The notes: generated by a model not told the origin, from the letters alone. DNA of 64,000 bases from an uncultured Nitrospiraceae bacterium (GCA_963705105.1 CAVPIW010000016.1:1-64000); one strand, 5' to 3'; numbered from the stretch's first letter, positions 21,049-32,538 are shown. Translations and numbers: made by a program.

Positions 21049-21297
21049 TCAATTGATTCGTTTGTCCGGATTGAGGGAGGCAAGGACCTGATTGAGAAGC
21101 CACACTTTTTCCTCGACGGCATCCAGCTTCGATTCCACTTCCTTTAACCGTTGTTCGGAACCTTTTTCGAGGAGATGCATCTTTTTGTCCGTGTCCTTCG
21201 TGAAGCTCTCAAGCGAATAGAGGATCTGATCCATCTTATTCTTCAGGATCTCCAGTTCATCCTTGTCAGGATCCTTCTTTTCCCGCCGGAAAAACAT
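21049..21297 (-). CDS. Small coiled-coil hypothetical protein
   Basis: Open frame with heptad-like Leu/Glu/Lys composition, ending just before the tRNA. Confidence 0.55.
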   Translation of the reverse strand: MFFRREKKDPDKDELEILKNKMDQILYSLESFTKDTDKKMHLLEKGSEQRLKEVESKLDAVEEKVWLLNQVLASLNPDKRIN

Positions 21298-21395
21298 TAT
21301 ACAAATTATCACAAGCAAACCCGGTCTGTCAATCTTCCCTCTGCCGGAAAAGGCCGTATTTTGCGAAAACAGGGGCGTTTCTGTAAAATAAACCG

Positions 21396-22892
21396 ATGAA
21401 TCTTGATTTTGAGGAATTCCGGGCCCTCGCCGACAGGGGAAACCTCATCCCCCTTTTCGAAGAGATCGTCAACGACCTTGAGACGCCGGTAAGCGCCTAC
21501 CTCAAGCTCTCCAGAAAACCCTCGTTCCTCCTGGAAAGCGTCGAAGGCGGTGAAAAGTGGGCGAGGTATTCCTTCATCGGGATCGACCCTCTCCTCACTC
21601 TCACGTGCCACGGCAAACAGGTGACGATCGCAAGTCGGGGGGATATAGCGCATGAGGAAACGGACAACCCCATGGGTGTCGTCGAACGCATCCTTTCCCG
21701 GTTCAGGCCCGTGCCGGTTCCCGGCCTTCCCCGGTTTTCCGGAGGATTCGTCGGATATGTGGGGTATGACGTCGTCAAGTCCTTCGAAAGGGTGCCCGAC
21801 AGGGGAAAGCCGGGGACCGACGCGCCCGATATTTTCCTTATGCTCACCGACACGATCGTGATTTTCGACAGCCTCAGACAGACCGTCAAGGTCGTGAACA
21901 ATGTGCACACGGAGGGAAGTGATCTCAGGACCGCCTATGATCAGGCCTGCCAGAAGATCAGGGAGGTCGTGTACGCGCTCCGTTCGGGGAGAGTCTCGGG
22001 ATATCCCGGCACTATGCCGAAGGAAGGCCCCTCGAACATCCCCCTGTCGAAGGACCTTTCCTTCACGTCCAATTTCACCGAGGACGCGTTCTGCGGAGTT
22101 GTCGAGCGTGCCAAGGAATATATCATGTCCGGAGACGTCGTCCAGGTGGTCCTTTCCCAGCGCTTCGAGACGCGCTCCGCTTTCGATCCGCTCAATGTCT
22201 ACCGCACCCTCCGTCTCGTCAACCCCTCGCCGTATATGTACTACATCGAGACAGGCGAAATGGAGATCGTCGGCTCATCCCCGGAGATCCTCGTGAGGCT
22301 CGACGGCGACAGGATAACGCTCAGGCCCATAGCAGGGACAAGGAAGCGGGGCATGACCGAGGAGGAGGATCGGGCACTGGAGGAGGACCTCAGGAATGAC
22401 CCGAAAGAGATTGCAGAGCACATCATGCTTGTCGACCTCGGCAGGAACGACGTGGGGAGGGTGGCGGCAATCGGCTCTGTCAAGGTAAAGGAACTGATGA
22501 CGATCGAGCGGTACAGCCATGTTATGCACCTCGTATCGAACGTCGAGGGGACGCTCCGGAAGGGGCTCAACGCCTTCGATGTCTTCCGTTCCTGTTTTCC
22601 CGCCGGGACCGTCACGGGCGCACCGAAGGTGAGGGCCATGGAAATCATCGAAGAACTCGAACCGACGAGGAGGGGGCCTTACGCCGGCGCGGTCGGCTAC
22701 TTCGATTTCTCCGGCAACATGGACACGTGCATTACCATCAGGACCCTCGTTTTCAGAGACGGCAAGGTCCATGTCCAGGCCGGCGCCGGCCTCGTTGCCG
22801 ATTCGGTGCCGGCCAGCGAATACCGTGAAACGGTAAACAAGGCGACGGCCATGATGAAGGCCCTCGAAGGGTCACGCAGGATTTTCTCATGA
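21396..22892 (+). CDS. trpE: Anthranilate synthase component I
   Basis: LLESVEGGE, NPSPYMY, RPIAGT, EHIMLVDLGRND, PAGTVTGAPK. Confidence 0.96.
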   Translation: MNLDFEEFRALADRGNLIPLFEEIVNDLETPVSAYLKLSRKPSFLLESVEGGEKWARYSFIGIDPLLTLTCHGKQVTIASRGDIAHEETDNPMGVVERILSRFRPVPVPGLPRFSGGFVGYVGYDVVKSFERVPDRGKPGTDAPDIFLMLTDTIVIFDSLRQTVKVVNNVHTEGSDLRTAYDQACQKIREVVYALRSGRVSGYPGTMPKEGPSNIPLSKDLSFTSNFTEDAFCGVVERAKEYIMSGDVVQVVLSQRFETRSAFDPLNVYRTLRLVNPSPYMYYIETGEMEIVGSSPEILVRLDGDRITLRPIAGTRKRGMTEEEDRALEEDLRNDPKEIAEHIMLVDLGRNDVGRVAAIGSVKVKELMTIERYSHVMHLVSNVEGTLRKGLNAFDVFRSCFPAGTVTGAPKVRAMEIIEELEPTRRGPYAGAVGYFDFSGNMDTCITIRTLVFRDGKVHVQAGAGLVADSVPASEYRETVNKATAMMKALEGSRRIFS

Positions 22893-22953
22893 ACACGGCG
22901 GCCGGATTTCGCCGGCTCGTGATTGACAACAAGGGAGGCGACGGGGGTTCCCC

Positions 22954-23535
22954 ATGCTTTTGATCATCGATAATTACGACTCTTTCACGTTCAATCTTTT
23001 CCAGTATCTCGGCGAACTCGGTGAGACGATGGAGGTCTACCGGAACGACCGGATCACCATTGATGACATCGAGAGTCTCAATCCGGCGAGGATCGTCATA
23101 TCACCCGGCCCCTGCACGCCCAATGAGGCAGGGGTCTCCATCGAGACGATCAGGCACTTTGCCGGCAAGGTCCCGATCCTCGGCGTCTGCCTCGGCCATC
23201 AGTCGATCGGCGCCGCTTTCGGCGGTGAGATCATCAGGGCCCCCAAACTGATGCACGGCAAGACGTCGATGGTCCATCACGACGGCAGGACCATATTTGA
23301 AGGCCTCCCGTCTCCCTTTATCGCGACTCGTTATCACTCCCTCATCATCAGGAAAGGATCTCTCCCGGATTGCCTTGAGATCACGGCATGGACCGACGAC
23401 GGGGTCATTATGGGCGTCCGGCACAGGGAATACGTCATCGAGGGGGTCCAGTTCCATCCCGAATCGATTCTCACGACCGTCGGTAAGGACCTGTTGAGAA
23501 ACTTCATCCGCATCAGCAACGCCGTCAGGGTATAG
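22954..23535 (+). CDS. trpG: Anthranilate synthase component II (glutamine amidotransferase)
   Basis: [25 protein letters not shown]. Confidence 0.95.
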   Translation: MLLIIDNYDSFTFNLFQYLGELGETMEVYRNDRITIDDIESLNPARIVISPGPCTPNEAGVSIETIRHFAGKVPILGVCLGHQSIGAAFGGEIIRAPKLMHGKTSMVHHDGRTIFEGLPSPFIATRYHSLIIRKGSLPDCLEITAWTDDGVIMGVRHREYVIEGVQFHPESILTTVGKDLLRNFIRISNAVRV

Positions 23536-23538
23536 GAC

Positions 23539-24549
23539 GTGATCAAAGAAGCCGTCCACATGTTCGTCGAAAACATCGACCTGTCCGAAGCGGAGATGGC
23601 GGAATGCATGACCGACATCATGGAAGGGAAGGCGACGGATGCGCAGATCGGCGCTTTCCTGGTGGCGCTGCGGATCAAGGGGGAGACCGTCGAGGAGATC
23701 ACCGGCGCCGCCCGGGTCATGAGAGACAAGGCGATGAAAATAGAGGCGCCTGAGGGTGTGATCGATACCTGCGGCACGGGCGGGGACATGTCGGGAACAT
23801 TCAATATCTCTACGACGACGGCCCTCGTCGTTGCCGCTGCCGGGGTGCCCGTGGCGAAACACGGAAACCGGTCCATTTCAAGCCAGTCGGGAAGCGCAGA
23901 CGTGCTCGAGGCCCTCGGGGTCAGAATCGACCTGCCGCCCCGCGCCGTCGAGACCTGTCTTTTCGATACGAACTTCGGGTTCCTCTTTGCGCCGCTTTTT
24001 CACCCGGCCATGAAATTCGCCATAGGTCCGAGGAGGGAGATCGGTATCCGGACAATCTTCAACATCCTCGGCCCCCTCACGAACCCGGCGAGCGCGAAGC
24101 GCCAGATCATGGGGGTCTTTTCGGGAACGCTGACAAAAGCGCTTGCGATGGTTCTCGGCAATCTCGGCGCCATCGACGCCATGGTTGTTCATGGAGAGGA
24201 CGGCCTCGATGAGATAACATCCTGTGACGGATCTGTCGTTTCGCGATTCCGTCACGGCGCCGTCGATTCCTTTTATGTGACGCCGGAGCAATTCGGTTTC
24301 AAACGTCATGACCTGGAGAAGCTGATCGGGGGGGACAAGACCCGGAACGCCGGAATCACCCTTGCTATTTTGACAGGCGAACATGGCGCCCCGAGGGACA
24401 CGGTGCTGATGAATGCGGCCGCCGCCCTCTTGGTGGCGGGACGGGCCGACGACTTCAGCGCCGGCGCTGAGATGGCGGCCGAGGTTATTGATTCCGGCAA
24501 GGCTTTGGCGAAACTGGAGGAGATCCGGCGGGTCTCGAACGCCCTTTAG
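23539..24549 (+). CDS. trpD: Anthranilate phosphoribosyltransferase
   Basis: DTCGTGGD, FNIST, KHGNRS, GSADVLEALG, DGLDE. Confidence 0.97.
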   Translation: MIKEAVHMFVENIDLSEAEMAECMTDIMEGKATDAQIGAFLVALRIKGETVEEITGAARVMRDKAMKIEAPEGVIDTCGTGGDMSGTFNISTTTALVVAAAGVPVAKHGNRSISSQSGSADVLEALGVRIDLPPRAVETCLFDTNFGFLFAPLFHPAMKFAIGPRREIGIRTIFNILGPLTNPASAKRQIMGVFSGTLTKALAMVLGNLGAIDAMVVHGEDGLDEITSCDGSVVSRFRHGAVDSFYVTPEQFGFKRHDLEKLIGGDKTRNAGITLAILTGEHGAPRDTVLMNAAAALLVAGRADDFSAGAEMAAEVIDSGKALAKLEEIRRVSNAL

Positions 24550-25217
24550 TCTCTGCACTCCCCCATCGTAATGGGGCCGCCGAAGACGCGGTAATAGTCC
24601 TTCAGCAGCCTGCACACCTCCACCGGGTCGTCGACGATCTGAAAATGGGCGAAGTCCTCTTTATTCAGTGTTCCCTGAGGAACCAGATCGGTCTTCATCC
24701 AGTCGATGAGTCCCCTCCAGTACTTCTCGCCGAAGAGTATGACCGGAAAGGACTCGATCTTCCCCGTCTGGACGAGGTTCAGTGCCTCGAACAGCTCGTC
24801 GATGGTGCCGAAGCCGCCGGGGAAAATGACAAAGGCGATGGCATACTTGATGAACATGAGTTTTCTCACGAAGAAATAGCGGAAGGTGAGGGAGACATCC
24901 TGGTAGCGGTTCGGCGACTGCTCATGGGGGATTTCGACGTTGAGGCCCACGGACTTCCCCTTTCCCATCTTGGCCCCCCTGTTCGCAGCCTCCATGATGC
25001 CCGGCCCGCCTCCGGTGATGACGGCAAAACCTGCGTCGGAAAGCATTTTGCCGACCTTGATGGCCTGCTGATAATAGTATGACTCCTCGGTGAGACGGGA
25101 ACTGCCGAAAACGCTCACGGCAGGTCCGAGATCGAAGAGGCTCTCGAAGCCCTCGACGAGTTCCGACTGGATTCTGAACACCCGCCATGTCTCCGATTTC
25201 CGCAGGTCTTCGATCAT
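24546..25217 (-). CDS. LOG-family Rossmann-fold nucleotide hydrolase
   Basis: TGGGPGIMEA, FFVRK, PGGFGTIDE. Confidence 0.92.
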   Translation of the reverse strand: MIEDLRKSETWRVFRIQSELVEGFESLFDLGPAVSVFGSSRLTEESYYYQQAIKVGKMLSDAGFAVITGGGPGIMEAANRGAKMGKGKSVGLNVEIPHEQSPNRYQDVSLTFRYFFVRKLMFIKYAIAFVIFPGGFGTIDELFEALNLVQTGKIESFPVILFGEKYWRGLIDWMKTDLVPQGTLNKEDFAHFQIVDDPVEVCRLLKDYYRVFGGPITMGECRD

Positions 25218-25226
25218 GGTGTAAGC

Positions 25227-25604
25227 CTATTCCTCCTCGATTTCCGTGCGAACGAGGGCGAGGATCGCAGAGTGGGGTACGATCAGGAATTTCTTCCCCT
25301 CGAACTCGATGTCCGTGGAGGCATCTTTGAGAAAGATCGCGTAATCGCCTTCCATCGCCTGAAGGGGAACATACTTCAGGTCTTTCTTTCCCTCCTTCAT
25401 CCAGGGCTCTTCGAGCATGGCATTGGGGTCATGGACAGGGTATCCGGGGCCCGTTTTCACAATATAGCCTCCCTGCACCTTTTCCTTCTCCTTGACAGTC
25501 GGTGGAAGGTAGAGACCGGACCCGGTCCGTTCCTGCTTGTCATCAAGTGAAATGAGGACCCTGTCGCCTATAACGATGAGGTTTTTTCTCGTTTTCATAA
25601 CCAT
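25227..25604 (-). CDS. Stand-alone GroES/Cpn10-family protein
   Basis: GDRVLI, TGSGLYLP, G..V..GPG, GD..IF; no groEL adjacent. Confidence 0.8.
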   Translation of the reverse strand: MVMKTRKNLIVIGDRVLISLDDKQERTGSGLYLPPTVKEKEKVQGGYIVKTGPGYPVHDPNAMLEEPWMKEGKKDLKYVPLQAMEGDYAIFLKDASTDIEFEGKKFLIVPHSAILALVRTEIEEE

Positions 25605-25662
25605 ACCATTATAACAAATCAGGGGAAGCCCGCCGCACAGCGGGCTTCCCGTAACCCCGGGG

Positions 25663-27754
25663 TCAGGATCTTTTTCGTTTCAGGTTGCAGAGTAAAAGCA
25701 ATGACAACAAGATGAGCGACAGGTCAGTTCCCGGCACTCCCTTCTGTCGGTTCGTAACGAGAGAGCATCCCACCTCCTCCACCGCCTCCGCCGCCCGTGG
25801 ACACACTCGACTGGGTGCCATCAGCGGGGGTTGTGACGGCCAGCTCATTTGAATAGGCTGAATTTCCGGCAGCAGCATTGAATGCCCTGATGCGATAGAC
25901 ATACGTCGTCGACGGAGTCAGTGCCGTATCGCGAAAACCCGAGGCGTTCTGTCCCGTCACAGCGATCTGCACGAAGGCTCCGGACTGGCCCCGTCTCTCG
26001 ATGGCGTAGCCCTGCTCGGATTGTGACGTGTCGGTCCAGAGAAGGTCAACCTGTGTGGCTGAAGGAGCGCCTGCTGAAAGACCGGCAGGCTGAGTAAGAG
26101 GTGTCGTCACGGTCATCTCTCCGGCAAGGCTTTCCGAAGACTCACCGATAGCATTCAAGGCCTTCACCCTGTAGGAGTAGACCGTGCCGTCGGCGACAGT
26201 CGTATCATCAGTGCGGGTCGTGTCCGGAGGGAGTCTTTTCAGTTCTTCAAAGGCGCCGCTTCCGGCTCTCCTCTCCACCCTGTAGCCGTCCTCTCCCGTC
26301 GCCCTGTCCGTCCAGGCCAGAGTGACCTGATTCGACGACGGGGCTTTCGCTGTCAGTCCCTCCGGTGCAAGCAGGGAAGAGAGGGCCTTATATGCATTAA
26401 CCCTCCCGCCTGTTTGTATCAGACCGGAGAGGCTGGGCAGGACATCGACGTATCTGAAAATAGTGCTCCTGATCTGGGCATGTGAGAAATGCGTGTAGTA
26501 GCTCATGAGGAGCCCCGCAACGCCGCTCACATAGGGAGCCGACATGGAAGTCCCCGATTCAAAGGAATATCCGCCGGGCACTGTGCTCAGGATGTATACT
26601 CCCGGCTCACCCACGTGGACCGTATTGGGGCCGAAGTTGCTGAATACAGCTTTTTTGTCGTTCTGGTCCGTTGCGGCTACGGCAATGATGTTGTCGAGGG
26701 CATAACTTGCCGGATAGGAGGGGAAGAGGTCGTTATTGTCACCAACACCGTCGTCGCCGCCGTTGCCGGCAGCAGCGACGACGAGGACGCCGGCGTTCCT
26801 TGCATCCCGGAGGGTGTCGAACTCGGCATTCGAGAAGTCGGCGCCGCTGAAGCTCGCATTGATCACCCGTGCGCCCATGGAAACGGCATACCCGATTGCA
26901 TCGATCTCGTCGGCAATGGAGCCGAAACCGTCGCCGCTGAGGATCTTGAGAGGCATGATCTGGACATGCCACATCATGCCCGAGACCCCGACGCCGTTGT
27001 TTCCGGCAGCGCCGATAATGCCCGATACATGCGTCCCGTGTCCGTTATCATCGAAAGGGTCATTCGTTTCGGCGACGAAGTTCCATCCCCTGCAGTCATC
27101 GATCCTGCCGTTGCCGTCGTCATCAATGCCGTTTGCACAGTCCGTCTCTCCCGGATTTCTCCAGACGTTGTCCCTGAGGTCAGGATGGGTGTGATCGATG
27201 CCGCTATCAATGACGGCGACGATGACGGACGGGCTCCCTCGTGTTATATCCCAGGCTTCCGTCGCCTTGATATCGGCGCCCGGTGTGCCGTTGGCTATCC
27301 GTCCCGTGTTGAGCAGAGGCCATTGCTGATTGAAGAAGGCGTCGTTCGGGATCGTCGCCGATGCCCGTCTGATGTAATTCGGTTCGGCGTATTCAACGTG
27401 GGGGTTTGCCGTGTAGAGCTCAATCGCCGCCCTGACGGAGAGACCCTGGGGGAGCTTTATGCGCTCCATGTTCTGGTTAAGATTAAACCGCTTCATGACC
27501 TTTGCGCCGACCTCCCGGTGGACCGATAGTGAAGAGGCCCTGACCGAGCCCGGCCTGAACTTGACGATCACCTCGCCTTCCCGGTATCGGGCCGTATCCA
27601 ATCGGCCCAGAATGGTCTGTGGCGATGTTTTTCCGATACCGGTCGCTTCCTTCGTTGACGGCGCCGGCGAAGCAGATGAAACCTGCGATTTCTGCTCACC
27701 GCAGCCGACGGCAAAAAGCAGCATCATGATCAATAGAGGGAACAGTCTCTTCAT
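25663..27754 (-). CDS. S8 subtilase lipoprotein with two FN3 domains and a Gly-rich C-terminal sorting signal; frameshifted near the C-terminus
   Basis: Lipobox AVGC, VAVIDSG (Asp), HGTHVSG (His), SGTSMSAP (Ser); GGGGGCSL...LILLSLLLL...KRKRS tail lies in the +1 frame after the CCC run at 25769-25771. Confidence 0.88.
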
Positions 27755-27917
27755 TGTCCTCTCCTTTTCTTTCTTTATCTGTGGGAGCACCATGGAAGGT
27801 ACGCCTGATCTTTTCTCTCCGGCAGTTCTAAACGCGCCTTGCCCCCATGTTTGAAAATAGCATGTTTCCGCTGAAACAGGGAAATAGATATGCCGGCAGG
27901 CGCCCACCGGGCATCAG

Positions 27918-27947
27918 AAAAAAGGGCGGGAAGACCCCGCCCTTTTT
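27918..27947. terminator. Intrinsic terminator
   Basis: AAAAAAGGGCGGG-AAGAC-CCCGCCCTTTTT. Confidence 0.8.
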
Positions 27948-27971
27948 GTTCGAGTTGCTCTTCACGATGAA

Positions 27972-29375
27972 TCAGGGTTGATTCGTGACAGTTACTGTGA
28001 CAACGACACTCTGCGGAGGTATCGCCGAGTCGGTGATCGTCAGATCAACCACCGCTGAAGTGCCTACACTAACGCTGTTGGAAACAGCGCTTGCAGTAAA
28101 TGTTGTCGCGCCGGTGACGGTAGCCGTAACAATGTTGGGAGCCGAGGATATGACTGCGTATGGCCCCGTTCCACCGGAAATCGCAAAGGACCTTGACGTT
28201 GCCCCGGCTGTACAGGAATTATCATTTTCGCAGATTGTGATCGTCGTCGGTCGAACCGTCAAAGGTGTCACGGGAGGCGGCGGGACAACCGGCGCCTGGA
28301 TCGTCAGCGACAGGGAGCCCTGGACGCCGGCGACGGACGCCGTGATGTTTGCCGACAAGTCGAAGCCGGCCTCGAGCGACGGTGCCGTGAACTGAACCGT
28401 TGCAACTCCGTTCACCGTCTGGGCGAAGGGGTCAATGCCTCCACTGGTCGTTGTGAAGTTCACAGCCGTCCCGTCGGGAGCGGGGGCGCCTGTCGACGTC
28501 GTCACCATGGCGGAAATTGTCGCTTCCTCGCCTGACTCGACGGGGTTCGGATTCGCTGACACGACGACGGAACTGACCGTGATCGGCTGGACGAAGACAG
28601 AAACGAGATTTGCAGCGCCCGAAAAATCGCTGATGGCGAAGAGGTTGATCGTCATTGCGAAGGGCCTGAGAGCCTGGGGCGAGAACTCCATGAGAATGTT
28701 GGCCTGTCCGTTGGCGTCTGTCGCCGCGCTGTCGCCGAGGGCGATCGGGAAGACGGCTTCAGTGCTGTCTGCGCCGAAACGGATAAGATCTCCGGCGATG
28801 GGCTGCCCGAAGGGATCGAGCACCGTCGCCCTGACGAGGATCTGCCTGTCGCTGGGGTTCTCGAAGATGATAAAGTCGTTCGGTTCATTGAATACGCCGT
28901 CTGCATCGCCGTCGATATCGATCCGCAAAGTGGGACCCGGGAAGTTCCGGCTGAAGGGGGAGAAGAACACCGTCTTGCTGTCCCGCACATTGCCGGACCC
29001 GGAGGCGATTTCCGCCTGAATCGTCGCGAACCCCGGCGTCGATGAGGTGATACTCGTTCTGGCTACGCCTTCGGTATCGGTGACGGCTCTGACCGTCGAA
29101 GGGGTCCCGCCGGTAAGGGACAGATTGGTGAAGACGACGGGGGTGTTTACGATCGGCATGCCGTTGCCGTCGAGCACCTTTGCATTGACGAAAAGGGTCG
29201 AGTTCGTCTGTGCGACGTAGTGTGTCGGCTGCACCTGGACGACAGTCGGTATGCCGGGGTTTTCACCTCTCGGGACGTCCGTCGAGCCGCCGCCCCCTCC
29301 TCCGCACCCGAAGAGGCCGAAAGAGATTGCCAGGATGGTAATGCTCAGTATGGAAAGAATGTCTTTTCTCCTCAT
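27972..29375 (-). CDS. Ig-like (invasin/Big_1-type) surface lipoprotein
   Basis: Lipobox LFGC followed by GGGGGG; repeats with V.D..G.P....V.F, TD..G.A, DGTAVNFTT. Confidence 0.8.
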   Translation of the reverse strand: MRRKDILSILSITILAISFGLFGCGGGGGGSTDVPRGENPGIPTVVQVQPTHYVAQTNSTLFVNAKVLDGNGMPIVNTPVVFTNLSLTGGTPSTVRAVTDTEGVARTSITSSTPGFATIQAEIASGSGNVRDSKTVFFSPFSRNFPGPTLRIDIDGDADGVFNEPNDFIIFENPSDRQILVRATVLDPFGQPIAGDLIRFGADSTEAVFPIALGDSAATDANGQANILMEFSPQALRPFAMTINLFAISDFSGAANLVSVFVQPITVSSVVVSANPNPVESGEEATISAMVTTSTGAPAPDGTAVNFTTTSGGIDPFAQTVNGVATVQFTAPSLEAGFDLSANITASVAGVQGSLSLTIQAPVVPPPPVTPLTVRPTTITICENDNSCTAGATSRSFAISGGTGPYAVISSAPNIVTATVTGATTFTASAVSNSVSVGTSAVVDLTITDSAIPPQSVVVTVTVTNQP

Positions 29376-29391
29376 GCCTGTCCTCCAAAAG

Positions 29392-30045
29392 TCAGTTAGA
29401 TGCATCACAGTAGTCGAAGGAGCCGATCTCGAAGTTCGTCTGCGCCTGGAATATGAAAGGCGTGCCGTTTTCGCTCTTGCCCTCGAAGGTGAAGGTCGCC
29501 GTATAGTTGTTGATTAACGATCCTGAGGAGGCGTACTGCCCGCTCGTTATGTCGATGAGATACTGGTCTTTCCTGATGAGGTCCGCCAATACAATCGTGG
29601 TCTCGAGGATGCTCGGAGCCGGGGGGATGACAATCGTCTCTCTCCTCGTATCCGTCAGGATGGGAGGAGCACCGATGGAATCTCCGGACCGGCGGTACTC
29701 GATCGTGTATTTTTCCACGAAGAGCGTTTTCGGTTCGAAGTTGGAGTTCGTGTTGGGGTCGATGGGCCGTGTCTGCACCCTGAGGATTGCGCTGTGAGTC
29801 GTAATGGACTCGGTCTGATTGCCGGGCTGAACGGGGTCGCAGTCAATGATCTGATGCACGTCGACGCTGAATGTGTTGCCGCCGAGATAGAAGGGCGTCA
29901 AAGTGGCTTCGATCGTGATGCTGTTGTCCTCCGTGCCCTGACTGCCGGGCTGTCCCGGCGTGCCGCCTCCTCCCCCGCATCCCCAAAGGAAAGCTGTCGT
30001 CAGTGATACGATCAGGGTCGCAATTAAGATAAGACTTCTTTTCAT
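29392..30045 (-). CDS. Hypothetical lipoprotein
   Basis: GGAGG RBS, lipobox LWGC followed by GGGGG; beta-rich. Confidence 0.75.
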   Translation of the reverse strand: MKRSLILIATLIVSLTTAFLWGCGGGGGTPGQPGSQGTEDNSITIEATLTPFYLGGNTFSVDVHQIIDCDPVQPGNQTESITTHSAILRVQTRPIDPNTNSNFEPKTLFVEKYTIEYRRSGDSIGAPPILTDTRRETIVIPPAPSILETTIVLADLIRKDQYLIDITSGQYASSGSLINNYTATFTFEGKSENGTPFIFQAQTNFEIGSFDYCDASN

Positions 30046-30276
30046 ATTTCCTCCCACCTTGTTCCGCAAAGAGAATCCACCCCGAGAGCCCGTTCTCATA
30101 AAAAGACCGGCCACACTTCTGTCCTCTCTCTGCGAACGCATGTTATTTGATTTCCGTGCATTGGACATACTGGTTTCGCCTTTTCTCTGCTGCCTGTGCA
30201 GCAATCCACGGGGGTTTCTACTGCTGATCCCTGAGCCGTCTCATGAGGGCAGGAGCCTTGCCCTTTCCGTCTGAAG

Positions 30277-32538
30277 CTACTTCATGACCCGCGGGGTCAG
30301 AAAGATGATCATCTCCTGGTTGATGCGTTCTTTTGTCTCCCGTTTGAAGAGATATCCGAGGACCGGGATGCGGGAGAGTCCGGGCACACCGGAGTCCTCC
30401 TTCACTTCACCTATTCTCATAACGCCGCCGATGACGACGGTCTCACCGTCCTTCACGAGCAATGCCGTCGAGGCTGACCTCGTGTCGATTTGAGGGTTTC
30501 CGAGGGCATCGACAAACTGGAAATTCGGCTCGTCCTTGTTGACCTCGATTTTCAGGAACACTCCGTTTTCAATGACCTGGGGAACGATTTTGAGCTTGAG
30601 GTTCGCGTCTTTATAGACGGTGCTGAATGTGTCGTTCTGCCCCCTTGTTGTAACCGGGATCTGGGCGCCCTGCTTGATGACGGCCATCTCGTTGTTCAGG
30701 GCGACGATCCTGGGATTGGAAACGATGCGGCCCTTGCCGATGTCTTCAATTGCAGTGATTCTGAGGTCGAGACCGAGGGTCTGCGCCGCGTTCAGATAGC
30801 CGAAGGTTATCGCGCTCGTCGGTGCAAGTGCCGCGGTCACACCTGTTGCGGGAAGGTTGATGAGGGCCGGCGCCCCTTTTCCGCCCAGAACGTTCCCGGG
30901 CTTCGTTGGATCCGCCCCCGGGACGGAGCCGCTGACGATCGACATATAATCGTTCGGACGGGCCTTGAACCCCCACTCAATGCCGAGGCTCCTCAGGAAG
31001 TTGTTGTTGATCTCGAGGATGCGCGCCTCGATGAGGATCTGGGGCTCCGGTTTGTCCAGCGTCCTGACGATTTCCTCGACTTTCTGGATAACCATGGGAA
31101 CGTCGGTCAGGACAATGGATCCTGTTGATCTCCTGCTGATAAGCCTCTCGAAAGGATCCTTGTCTTCGCCGAGTCTTTCGTTCTGTCTGAATATGCCGAT
31201 GCCTCCCCACGCGGTGAGCACCTTCGAGTCCTTTATAGCCTTTTCAACGAGGGAAACGTCCACATACCGTATGGGAAAGACCCGCGTCTCGAGCAGGCCG
31301 GCCTTCGCCTCGTTCTCTTTGACCTTCGCTTCGTTCTCCTTGATCTTCGCTTCGTTCTCGATCGACTTGGCGATGGTCTCACCCGAGGAGGGCACGATCT
31401 TCAGCACCTTTCCGTCATAGATCCTCTGCAGGTTGTAGGTCCTCAGGATCAGGTCCATTGCCTGATCCCAGGGCACCTTTTCGAGCCGCATATTGACGAT
31501 CTTGAGAGGCTTTTCGCCTTTGGGGTCCTTGGGGTCTTTTCCCACATCGGGATGGACGACGATGTTATACCCTGCCACATCTGCGAGAAGCCTGAGGATG
31601 GGAATGACCTCGGCATCCTGGATATCCAGGGAGACCACATTACCGTTTGAGACCTGCTTGACCGGCGATCCTTCGCCGTGGCCGCTCGCCCCTTTCTTTG
31701 CCGAAACGAGATCGATGACGATCTCATCGTCCAGCGCCATGGCCTCTGCTTCAGTCGATGCTTCGACGTCGAGGATGAACCGGGCCTTGTTCTTTTCGGC
31801 TTTCTGTTTGAGACCCTTGACGGGTGCCGGGAATTTGTTCGGCACTGAAGCGGACAATGCGACGTCTGGTATATCGATCATCACTGTCCCATCTACCTGA
31901 GAGATGGCAGGCTCAGGCATCATGCCGTCGCCCTTGATGACAAGTTCGATGCCCTTATCCGTCTTGTCGAAGAAGATGTCCACGATCTTTCCGGCTTTCG
32001 CAGTCAGAGCCGAGGCGTCGCGCGCAGGCGCGGCCTGCACGCCGGCGGCTTCCTTTCCGGCAGCCGGCTGATCCGCTGCGACCCGCACGATGAGCACGTT
32101 GTCCTGCATCTGCGCCTTCAGGTCCGCAGGAGACTGAAGGAGCACGTCGAGCTGTGCTACCGCCGGTGCCTTCTGCGAGGGTATGATCTCCGTCACACCA
32201 TCATGCTTCGAGAACACCTTTCCCCGGAAATTACCGAGGGTGAGGCCCTCCAATATAAGGGAGACCCTGAAAGGATCAATCGTCTTAACTATTGAGTAGG
32301 TGAAGGGCCCTGTGGCCTTAATAGTTACGGAATGATCGGAGATCTGAATATCAGAAATGCTTGGTGTCCCGGCAGGCGGAGCCCCTCCTGCGCTGTCCTC
32401 CGCAAAGACCGTTGCCGTGAAAGCGGCAAACAGAAACACAAAACTCCAGAGGGCAACCAGAGCATGCCCGAGGAGGACCGGTCTTTTTGTCTGAATGTCC
32501 GACTTCGATGGCAGACGAACGTGCCCTGTAATCTTCAT
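30277..32538 (-). CDS. pilQ: Type IV pilus secretin
   Basis: AMIN-like N-terminus, VPWDQA, QILIEARI, DGETVVIGG, VPGLSRIPVLGYLF, IFLTPRV. Confidence 0.93.
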   Translation of the reverse strand: MKITGHVRLPSKSDIQTKRPVLLGHALVALWSFVFLFAAFTATVFAEDSAGGAPPAGTPSISDIQISDHSVTIKATGPFTYSIVKTIDPFRVSLILEGLTLGNFRGKVFSKHDGVTEIIPSQKAPAVAQLDVLLQSPADLKAQMQDNVLIVRVAADQPAAGKEAAGVQAAPARDASALTAKAGKIVDIFFDKTDKGIELVIKGDGMMPEPAISQVDGTVMIDIPDVALSASVPNKFPAPVKGLKQKAEKNKARFILDVEASTEAEAMALDDEIVIDLVSAKKGASGHGEGSPVKQVSNGNVVSLDIQDAEVIPILRLLADVAGYNIVVHPDVGKDPKDPKGEKPLKIVNMRLEKVPWDQAMDLILRTYNLQRIYDGKVLKIVPSSGETIAKSIENEAKIKENEAKVKENEAKAGLLETRVFPIRYVDVSLVEKAIKDSKVLTAWGGIGIFRQNERLGEDKDPFERLISRRSTGSIVLTDVPMVIQKVEEIVRTLDKPEPQILIEARILEINNNFLRSLGIEWGFKARPNDYMSIVSGSVPGADPTKPGNVLGGKGAPALINLPATGVTAALAPTSAITFGYLNAAQTLGLDLRITAIEDIGKGRIVSNPRIVALNNEMAVIKQGAQIPVTTRGQNDTFSTVYKDANLKLKIVPQVIENGVFLKIEVNKDEPNFQFVDALGNPQIDTRSASTALLVKDGETVVIGGVMRIGEVKEDSGVPGLSRIPVLGYLFKRETKERINQEMIIFLTPRVMK
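31303..31359 (-). repeat. 21-bp tandem repeat inside pilQ (ENEAK-x-K, about 3 copies)
   Basis: Protein reads ENEAKIKENEAKVKENEAK. Confidence 0.7.
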
